In this document: positions 57,353 to 64,000 of the stretch, in pieces | How positions within the stretch are numbered: position 1 is the stretch's first letter | Layout of the letters: every line of letters begins with the position of its first letter | Source of the DNA: a virus | DNA: 64,000 nucleotides | Reading direction: 5' to 3' (one strand) | IMG/VR virus record: IMGVR_UViG_3300042516_005631 | Coordinates: 31,455-95,454 of that record | Notes under the pieces: model-generated | Database searches by the model: none | What the model was told of the DNA's origin: nothing | What the model saw: only the letters and a program-made list of their open reading frames with translations | Position numbers and translations under genes: made by a program

Positions 57353-57544
57353 CTATTCTCCTATACTTAAGTCGTTGTGGTTGTGAACTTTTTTTCTAAA
57401 TTCCTCGTCTGTTAAGTAAAGATGAATTGCTCGCTCACTTAGTTTTTGAAACGAGAATTTACGCTTGATGCACTCGATTTTAAATTTGTCGAATAGGTCC
57501 GTATCAATTTTTACGGATGTTAATTGTTGGTTTTTTTCACTCAT
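57353..57544 (-). CDS. Ribbon-helix-helix-like small DNA-binding protein
   Basis: LTSVKID strand followed by two helices; late motif at 57571. Confidence 0.55.
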   Translation of the reverse strand: MSEKNQQLTSVKIDTDLFDKFKIECIKRKFSFQKLSERAIHLYLTDEEFRKKVHNHNDLSIGE

Positions 57545-57587
57545 ATGTTTTTAATTTTATGTTATCGTATATACATATGGCGGTATA

Positions 57588-58526
57588 TTAGTAGGTCGCA
57601 GAACATAAGTGAGTCTTGTAAAAAGGACAATACTTGCAATTACCATTTATTTTAGGTTGATGTTCTACTTGTTTAAAACCATTCCAATCAAATGCTTGTT
57701 CTACAAATTTTTCTATTGATTTTGCAACTCGATTTAATTTTACTTTACCTGCTGCTGGTTTGTGGATTTGTACACGTTTGATTACGAATTGCTCGCTTTC
57801 AAATATTTTACGTTTTACAATTAAAAATTCAACTTCAATATTTTCTAGTGGTATATTGTAAATTTCGGAAAAATATTTTTTATATGCTATAAGTTGGAAT
57901 TGTTTATTTTCGTCCGCTTTTTGTTTTTTGTTCCAACCGTTATATGATGTTTTAATATCTATAATTCTAATTTTGTTTGTTGGTTCGTGATATAAAACAA
58001 CGTCAATAAATCCTTGAAGCAATACGTTTTGGTATTTTGAGTGTGGGGTTAATACAATAGGTATTTCACACCCCACTAAATGCCATCCTCGTTTACCAAA
58101 ATATTTGTTTTTGTCTTTAGCTAACTCTCTTATAATTTCAACTCCATCCTCGTAAAATTCTCTAAGTTCATCTGGGGATACAAAGTGTTGGTTATTGTTT
58201 GATTTGTATTGTTCTTTATATATTTCTCTCATTCGCTCCTTTAGCATTTCAGATGTGTTGATTTTATCTGCTTCTGCTCCGCTTTTTTCGTAATATATAG
58301 TTAGGTAATGCTGGAGTGTTTCATGGAATGCAGTTCCAAAAACAGTATGGATGGAGGAGGTAAATTGTTTAAATCCTTCTTTGTATTGGAGTGACCATTT
58401 TTTAGGGCAATCATTGAACATTGATAATTGAGAGTATGAAATGGACTTTTGAGTTGCGTAGTCAATTTGGGGTAAAACCTTGGTTTTGATTTCCTTTAAT
58501 ATGGAAGGTAGTTTCTTTTTGGTCAT
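57588..58526 (-). CDS. PD-(D/E)xK Cas4/AddB-like exonuclease with Fe-S cysteines
   Basis: SYSQL...CPKK, GTAFHE, GFID, IIDIKT, QL..Y and CKYCPF....C; start moved to MTKKK, downstream of the class B promoter. Confidence 0.85.
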   Translation of the reverse strand: MTKKKLPSILKEIKTKVLPQIDYATQKSISYSQLSMFNDCPKKWSLQYKEGFKQFTSSIHTVFGTAFHETLQHYLTIYYEKSGAEADKINTSEMLKERMREIYKEQYKSNNNQHFVSPDELREFYEDGVEIIRELAKDKNKYFGKRGWHLVGCEIPIVLTPHSKYQNVLLQGFIDVVLYHEPTNKIRIIDIKTSYNGWNKKQKADENKQFQLIAYKKYFSEIYNIPLENIEVEFLIVKRKIFESEQFVIKRVQIHKPAAGKVKLNRVAKSIEKFVEQAFDWNGFKQVEHQPKINGNCKYCPFYKTHLCSATY

Positions 58527-58640
58527 AATATAAAGATACAAAAAAAGCCTGCCAAAGGCAAGCTTTCTTGAGAATATCTTGATAGCGATAAAAGTATTCT
58601 CTTGCTATAACTAGCAAACGGTCCTAAGCCGTATTTTGAA

Positions 58641-58874
58641 TTATTTTATAATACCGGCTCTTAATTGCCAAAGTTTAATTTCTTCAATGTTTTCTTGAGG
58701 TCCAACTATGTTTTCGTAATCGATCATCCCTAAGGTTCCACCTAAACGAGACAAGTCAATTGCGTTTTCTGCTATGCGGTGCAGATCCATATCGTCTTTT
58801 GCATCCTCTCTAGCATATTCGAGTAAACGAATGAATAAAGGTATGTCTAATTTAACTGTGTCTCTTGGGTTCAT
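58641..58874 (-). CDS. Small protein ending in LRAGIIK
   Basis: DIPLFIRLLEYAREDA..DMDLH; C-terminal motif shared with 62027-62989. Confidence 0.65.
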   Translation of the reverse strand: MNPRDTVKLDIPLFIRLLEYAREDAKDDMDLHRIAENAIDLSRLGGTLGMIDYENIVGPQENIEEIKLWQLRAGIIK

Positions 58875-58875
58875 G

Positions 58876-59439
58876 TTAGTAGTTATTTGGTTCTTCTACT
58901 TCTTTACCTTCGTCTAAATCCTCTTCTTCTTCATCCTCTTCTTTTTCTTCACCTTCATTTAACTCATATTTTGAGTTCAAAAAGTATTCAAAAGCATCTT
59001 CGTATACTTCTTTTTTACGTCCTTCAAATGGGTTATTAATTGCTCCAACTCCTACAATTCCTCCTGCAACGTAGTGTTCGTTTAATGAATTTTTTTCCTC
59101 AGTTGAGTTAAGTTCTTCTAATTTTACTTTGTATTCGCTTTCTGTGATTACACCTGAAAGAAATTGCATGCGTAGTTGTTCTTGTGTCATTTGTTTTTGG
59201 TTTTCTAATATAATATTAAATTTAGTTTCAAAATCATCTAATAAGGAATCTAAATAATCAAATGTATAATCTTCCTCTTCTAAATCTAGTTCCCCAGACA
59301 TTATATCTTGGTAAGGAATTTCAACATATTGTTTAAACCAATCTAGTAGATCAGTTTTACTATTTTGAATATAATCTAAGGCTTTGTCTATTCGTTTTCC
59401 TAAATAAACAAAATCACTACTTTCCTCATTTAATTCCAT
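58876..59439 (-). CDS. Acidic protein with RMQFLSGVITE motif (possibly two fused genes)
   Basis: Internal A-rich start at MTQEQLRMQ. Confidence 0.55.
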   Translation of the reverse strand: MELNEESSDFVYLGKRIDKALDYIQNSKTDLLDWFKQYVEIPYQDIMSGELDLEEEDYTFDYLDSLLDDFETKFNIILENQKQMTQEQLRMQFLSGVITESEYKVKLEELNSTEEKNSLNEHYVAGGIVGVGAINNPFEGRKKEVYEDAFEYFLNSKYELNEGEEKEEDEEEEDLDEGKEVEEPNNY

Positions 59440-59596
59440 CTAAATCTTTTCTACTATTAATAGCTAATTGATCTATTTTTTCTTTAAATTCGGGGGATAA
59501 TGTTTTTTTATTCTCTTGAATACCTGCTAATTTTTTCATACGTTTTTTTTCGTTGAAATTAATAGCTGCCTTTTCGTATATTCCCTTATTTTTCAT
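59426..59596 (-). CDS. 56-aa late protein with RMKKLAGIQE motif (not in track)
   Basis: Hand translation MKNKGIYEKAAINFNEKKRMKKLAGIQENKK; late motif at 59602-59609. Confidence 0.6.
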   Translation of the reverse strand: MKNKGIYEKAAINFNEKKRMKKLAGIQENKKTLSPEFKEKIDQLAINSRKDLDGIK

Positions 59597-59608
59597 TTAT
59601 GATAAATA

Positions 59609-59827
59609 TTATGGAGTTTTTGATTCACGCAATGTTTTTAGAGCTTTCTGGATATATAGAATATCGTCCATTTTTTCTTGTAGGCTATGTTCGAGCCAAT
59701 CCTCTAAAGATAAGTCTTGTCTATCTAAATCTGTTCCATATTTTGCTTTCCCTACAGTAGCTCTTTCAACAAATTTGTCTATAATTGAATCTACAACTGA
59801 ATCTGTAATCTTAATTTCTCTATTCAT
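59609..59827 (-). CDS. Small all-alpha protein, possibly MazG-like nucleotide pyrophosphohydrolase fold
   Basis: R...GKAKYG......WLEHSLQEKMDDILY. Confidence 0.45.
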   Translation of the reverse strand: MNREIKITDSVVDSIIDKFVERATVGKAKYGTDLDRQDLSLEDWLEHSLQEKMDDILYIQKALKTLRESKTP

Positions 59828-60255
59828 TTTTTCAATAACTTGTCTATTTCTTTGTCCTCTACTCCCATATCGTATAGTACTCTTCTAGTTCCATTTTCAC
59901 GGAGTATGTCAATGTATTCTTCTGCTTCCCCTAAGCTACATTCAAAATGTTTTGCTACATACTCTACCAATGTAGCAGGCTGTTTCTTTGTTCTTGACTT
60001 GATATATTTCAAGAACGTTTTTTGTTTTGGAATCATCTCTCTATAAATTTGATATATTTGTTGTTTGTTATCGTAGGGTATAGTTTGAATATAATTTGCT
60101 ATTTCAATATAGTTTATATTCATAGATACATATCGATGTATCATATAAGAGTTCCATTTATCCCACGATTCCTCGGAGATATTTTCAATTGGGGTTTTAT
60201 AGAGGGTGATTTCATTCAACCACCCCCAAATATCTTTTATCTGTTTTTTAGACAT
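59824..60255 (-). CDS. Clamp loader small subunit (T4 gp62-like)
   Basis: YMIHRYVSM and VAKHFECSLGEAEEYIDIL; near the clamp loader ATPase. Confidence 0.65.
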   Translation of the reverse strand: MSKKQIKDIWGWLNEITLYKTPIENISEESWDKWNSYMIHRYVSMNINYIEIANYIQTIPYDNKQQIYQIYREMIPKQKTFLKYIKSRTKKQPATLVEYVAKHFECSLGEAEEYIDILRENGTRRVLYDMGVEDKEIDKLLKK

Positions 60256-60490
60256 CTAAAGTAATATCTTTATATTCGTCACGTAGTTCTTTTGGAAGTG
60301 AATCAGGTAATATTTTTTTACTTTCCAAATCATAAAATACTGGGATTGGGATAAGCATGTCCTCGTCTGCTCCAACTAAAAATTTAGATACTTTACGAAT
60401 AATTACTGCTTGTCCGAATAATTTGCCTCCATCAAATCCTTCAACTGAGGTGGTGTTTTGAAAATCAATGTTTAATTGTGGTTGTTCCAT
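60248..60490 (-). CDS. Conserved hypothetical protein
   Basis: IRKVSKF.G...D.LIPIPVF. Confidence 0.6.
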   Translation of the reverse strand: MEQPQLNIDFQNTTSVEGFDGGKLFGQAVIIRKVSKFLVGADEDMLIPIPVFYDLESKKILPDSLPKELRDEYKDITLDV

Positions 60491-60491
60491 T

Positions 60492-60704
60492 TTATTTGTT
60501 TTTGTTGGTTACTTTTTCTTTTCTATATTCTATAAAATCATGTATGAATCCTGCTGCAACAATTAAATTCATACCAACAGATGCTATTATTTCGTATATG
60601 TCTTTATACACATTTGTGCTTAAGTGAATATGACCTACCATCCAAAAAGGTACGGCTAAATTTTGAGATACCCACGAAAGAGTGTATTTTATGAAATGTT
60701 TCAT
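60492..60704 (-). CDS. Small membrane protein
   Basis: ATGA coupling; hydrophobic. Confidence 0.55.
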   Translation of the reverse strand: MKHFIKYTLSWVSQNLAVPFWMVGHIHLSTNVYKDIYEIIASVGMNLIVAAGFIHDFIEYRKEKVTNKNK

Positions 60705-61609
60705 ATTGCCTCTATAATCTTTGCAATTGCGGACATTACATTGATCTCTTTATCTATCCTAAAATTTGCTTGATATAAATGCTCATTTAATATAATTGCA
60801 ACCATGCCTTCTTTTCCAGGTGCATATTTTGAAGCATACTCAAATAGTGAACGATATAGTTCCTCGTAGTCCTTAACATTTGAATCTGCTATAATTTGTC
60901 TAATAGATATCCAACTTTTCTTACCTGCTAGTTCTTTCAATACCTCTTTAATATAGTTGTTTGAGGTTAAAACTGTTTCATCTAATTCAATAATACCATC
61001 TTTTACAGACATTTGTAAAACGTTTAACATTTTACGCATATCAGGATAGTATTTTACAATCAATGATTTTAAACCATCAGGGTAATAGTCAATAGATAAT
61101 TGTTCCTCTAGTATCCAAACTAAATGATTGTACACATCTTGTTTAGTTGGTGGAACAATTTTAAGTGTTTGGCATCTGGATTGTAAAGGATCAATTATTC
61201 GTTCTATAAAGTTACAAGTTAAAATGAAACGTGTTGAGCGAGAAAATGTTTCAATTACGTTACGTAATGCGGCTTGTCCCTGAATAGTGATGAAATCTGC
61301 TTCATCTAGGATTACTACTTTGATTCCTTTCCAAGATGCAGCACTAGCAAATCCCTTTACTTTCTCTCTAATAGTATCAATTCCATTTTCATCTGATGCA
61401 TTTATGTAAAGGTAATCGCAATCTAAATTTTTAACTATAATTTTAGCTAATGTAGTTTTACCTGTACCAGCAGGACCATAAAATATAAAGTTTTGAATAT
61501 CACCTTGGTCAAGGTATTTTTGGATTGTGTCTTTAACGTTTTCGTTTCCAACGTAGTATTTTAGTTCGGTAGGGCGAAAACGCTCTACATATAACGTATT
61601 TTCTTTCAT
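60701..61609 (-). CDS. Clamp loader AAA+ subunit (T4 gp44/RFC small subunit-like)
   Basis: ERFRP, GPAGTGKTT, NASDENG, ILDEAD and SRC. Confidence 0.95.
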   Translation of the reverse strand: MKENTLYVERFRPTELKYYVGNENVKDTIQKYLDQGDIQNFIFYGPAGTGKTTLAKIIVKNLDCDYLYINASDENGIDTIREKVKGFASAASWKGIKVVILDEADFITIQGQAALRNVIETFSRSTRFILTCNFIERIIDPLQSRCQTLKIVPPTKQDVYNHLVWILEEQLSIDYYPDGLKSLIVKYYPDMRKMLNVLQMSVKDGIIELDETVLTSNNYIKEVLKELAGKKSWISIRQIIADSNVKDYEELYRSLFEYASKYAPGKEGMVAIILNEHLYQANFRIDKEINVMSAIAKIIEAI

Positions 61610-61653
61610 AACCATAATATACAAAAAAAGCTTGTCATAGACAAGCTCTTTAT

Positions 61654-62025
61654 TTAAATATTTTTTGATCTCATATAGGCTTTTTCTAATGTTTCACCTG
61701 GTCCTCTATCTCTATATTTTCCACCTACATCACCAACTGCAACTCTATACATTGGATCGTTTATTAATTCATCCATTGCTGCTTTTACTTTAGCTAGATA
61801 TGCTTTATACCCTTCTGAAATTCTAATTAGCTCTGCTTTTTCTTCTGGGGTGTCATAGAAGCGGTATAGGTTTCCACTTTCTTCTGCTTCTAGTTTATCT
61901 GCTTTTTCCTTAGTAAATAAACCAACTTGTGAAATCATTTCACCTGCTGTGTAGTATAAATCATTATCTTCAGCTTCATTTAGCTTACTTTCAGATAAAT
62001 ATTTTTTTAAATCGAAATTGTCCAT
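61654..62025 (-). CDS. Hypothetical protein with FDLKKYLSE.KLNE N-terminal motif
   Basis: Motif seen; downstream of the late-motif gene at 62027. Confidence 0.6.
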   Translation of the reverse strand: MDNFDLKKYLSESKLNEAEDNDLYYTAGEMISQVGLFTKEKADKLEAEESGNLYRFYDTPEEKAELIRISEGYKAYLAKVKAAMDELINDPMYRVAVGDVGGKYRDRGPGETLEKAYMRSKNI

Positions 62026-62026
62026 T

Positions 62027-62989
62027 TTATTTAATTATTCCAGCTCGTCTAAGCATCTGGTATTGTTCAAAATCAAATTCTTGTTCTTCTTTTAAAGTTG
62101 TTTTTTTAACTAGAAGTTTTTGTCTTTGATCTTTTGAAATGCCAGTTACTACTAGTTTATATTGTCTTCCAGCTTCTGTTTCAACAGGTTGGATTTCGTA
62201 TTTTGCATTTGGAACTTCTCCAATTTCTTTTTGGAATGCTGCTCTTGCTTTTTCAACTTTGTCTCTTGAATCAGCAGTGTAAGATAGAGGTGGTACCTCT
62301 TCTGTTTTTGGTTTTTCAACTGTTTTAGGTGCCTCTACATCTTGTTCTACATCTATAAGTTTAAATCCAACTCCAGCATTGTCCATAATGGTTTTCAATA
62401 CTTTGGACAAGTATGGTTTTGTTTTGTATGGATTTTCTAGAGTATGGGGGAAAACAATTTTATCGCCTTTAACTACATAGTGAATATCTTGCTCTAATTT
62501 ACCACCATATTTTTTTAAGTTGTCTGGGGTTTTCATTGGGTAGTAATTGGCTCCGTATTTTCCAATAATATCTTTTGGTAATTCTTTACCTGTAAGGGAA
62601 AATAAATAGTCGTTTAGGCTTCCATCATTTCCTTCGGCTTGCCATCTTTCATACCCAGCTTGTGCTTCTGCTTCTGCTTTTGTCCACGCTTCTGGTACTC
62701 TATTTTTAATATCAATTAACTTGAATGCTTTTTCGTCATCCGAGCGAGAATCCCAATCTTTCCAAGCAGCTCCAGCTTTTTGTGCAGGAATTGAAGGACC
62801 AAATGCTTTTTTAATAGCTTCTGGGTCTCTCATGTTTTGTGCGTAAATACCGTAGTTTTTGGTATCGTTTAAAGCAGCTAACGCAGCATCTAAATTTTCG
62901 GGTTGAACGGCCAAGTCGTAACGAACCTTTAATTGGCCCATTCCATCTTCCTCTCCTTCAATCTCACGTAAAATATCTGTTAATTTCAT
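62027..62989 (-). CDS. Late protein with MKLTDILRE N-terminus and RRAGIIK C-terminus
   Basis: Late motif at 62994-63001. Confidence 0.6.
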   Translation of the reverse strand: MKLTDILREIEGEEDGMGQLKVRYDLAVQPENLDAALAALNDTKNYGIYAQNMRDPEAIKKAFGPSIPAQKAGAAWKDWDSRSDDEKAFKLIDIKNRVPEAWTKAEAEAQAGYERWQAEGNDGSLNDYLFSLTGKELPKDIIGKYGANYYPMKTPDNLKKYGGKLEQDIHYVVKGDKIVFPHTLENPYKTKPYLSKVLKTIMDNAGVGFKLIDVEQDVEAPKTVEKPKTEEVPPLSYTADSRDKVEKARAAFQKEIGEVPNAKYEIQPVETEAGRQYKLVVTGISKDQRQKLLVKKTTLKEEQEFDFEQYQMLRRAGIIK

Positions 62990-63018
62990 AATTATACATA
63001 TTTAAAAAAAGGGACCCG

Positions 63019-63282
63019 TTACATCGGATCCCCATAAATGTTATATCGTTTAGCTGGTTCAGGTTGAATCTCTTTTTCCTCGCTTCGTATAGCATAAAGT
63101 TTACTATCTAGAGGGGCTAAACGAAATTCTACTTTTTCTTGATTTACCTCAAACCATGCCTCTAAAGCATCTGTAAGTGATTTGTGGATTACTTTATTTT
63201 TGTCCTCCACGAGCACCCATTGATCACCTGGGGGTACTCGTGTTGCAATTAACTCGTTATATTCTTCTATTTCTATTTGCAT
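63019..63282 (-). CDS. Hypothetical protein
   Basis: TAATG coupling to groEL. Confidence 0.55.
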   Translation of the reverse strand: MQIEIEEYNELIATRVPPGDQWVLVEDKNKVIHKSLTDALEAWFEVNQEKVEFRLAPLDSKLYAIRSEEKEIQPEPAKRYNIYGDPM

Positions 63283-64000
63283 TACATCATCATTGAAGGA
63301 TCATACATTGGTTGCTCTTGCTTTTTGTCCTCTGGAGTATCTATTACAACACATTCTGTTAATAGGATAGTTCCAGCAATTGAGGCGGCATTCAATAGTG
63401 CATTTTTAGTTACTTTTTGTGGATCAATAATGCCAGCCTCTTTCATATTAACGATAGTTTCTGTTTTAATATTGTAACCATTCCAAACCCCATCTTGTTT
63501 TCCAATTTCCATATTGATTGGATACATCTCACTTTCAGCGTATCCTGCATTTGATAGAATTTGCTCAAATGGTTTACCACATGCTCTATAAACTAAACGT
63601 TTTCCATAATTAAAGTCGTCCCCATCTGTTTTAGTTTGGGTAATACCTTCACGAGCATATAATAAAGCTGAACCACCACCTGGTACAATTCCATCTTCTA
63701 GAGCACATTGTGTAGCGTGTAGAGCATCATCTACTCTATCTTTTTTCTCTTTCATTTCAGTTTCAGTACTTCCACCTACGTGAACCAAAGCAACTCCACC
63801 TACAAATTTAGATAAACGTTCTTGTAGTTTTTCTACCTCAAATGGGGTTTGTGCTTTTTCAATTTGTGCTTGTAATTCTTCTGCTCTAGCTGTAATTGCT
63901 TCTGCTGTTCCGTTTCCATCAATTATAGTGGTTTTTTCTTTAGTTACAGTAACTGTTTTAGCTTCACCAAACCATTCCCAATTGAATTTGTCTAGTTTCA
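63282..64000 (-). CDS. groEL: Chaperonin GroEL (5' part outside the window)
   Basis: LQERLSKFVGGVA, VGGSTETEMKEKKDRVDDAL, GIVPGGG, GIIDP.KV..AL.NAASIA and an MMM tail. Confidence 0.95.
   Translation of the reverse strand, partial: KLDKFNWEWFGEAKTVTVTKEKTTIIDGNGTAEAITARAEELQAQIEKAQTPFEVEKLQERLSKFVGGVALVHVGGSTETEMKEKKDRVDDALHATQCALEDGIVPGGGSALLYAREGITQTKTDGDDFNYGKRLVYRACGKPFEQILSNAGYAESEMYPINMEIGKQDGVWNGYNIKTETIVNMKEAGIIDPQKVTKNALLNAASIAGTILLTECVVIDTPEDKKQEQPMYDPSMMM

Noticed and set aside
59573-59582. TTCGTATATT on the plus strand
   Set aside because: Inside a CDS, with neither AGGA at N20 nor TTG at N15; likely chance.

Overview
A 64-kb segment of a large, AT-rich, T4-like myovirus (probably a jumbo phage). 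The host is inferred to be Bacteroidota, from a T9SS-type cargo protein, A-rich start contexts without Shine-Dalgarno sequences, and TTG...TAnnTT promoters. Essentially all real genes are on the minus strand. By coordinate: (1) 1-14.0 kb, baseplate/tail structural genes. (2) 14.0-19.0 kb, a gp55-like sigma factor, an HD hydrolase, T5orf172 and small genes. (3) About 19.0-19.45 kb, a GC-rich palindromic junction. (4) 19.5-38.8 kb, an array of small genes organised as 35 cassettes, each headed by the bipartite motif AGGA-N20-TTCGTATATT with an invariant 20-nt spacer; it includes a block of nearly cytosine-free genes (20.0-21.5 kb), a probable iteron-type origin (22.4-22.85 kb), two DUF932 genes, a RadA-like ATPase and a tRNA scaffold with no anticodon arm. 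(5) A T9SS-type secreted protein. (6) A tRNA locus (Ala, Ser, Asp, Thr, Gln, Glu) interleaved with an HNH gene and at least five unrecognised structured RNAs. (7) A 10-kb glycosyltransferase/methyltransferase/gmd cluster. (8) A Cas4-like nuclease, putative head-packaged proteins, a clamp loader and GroEL. Three promoter classes can be read directly from the sequence. The strongest candidates for new biology are the promoter-cassette system, the cytosine-free genes, and the tRNA-mimic/ncRNA set. Protein calls come from motif recognition only, and counts were done by eye.
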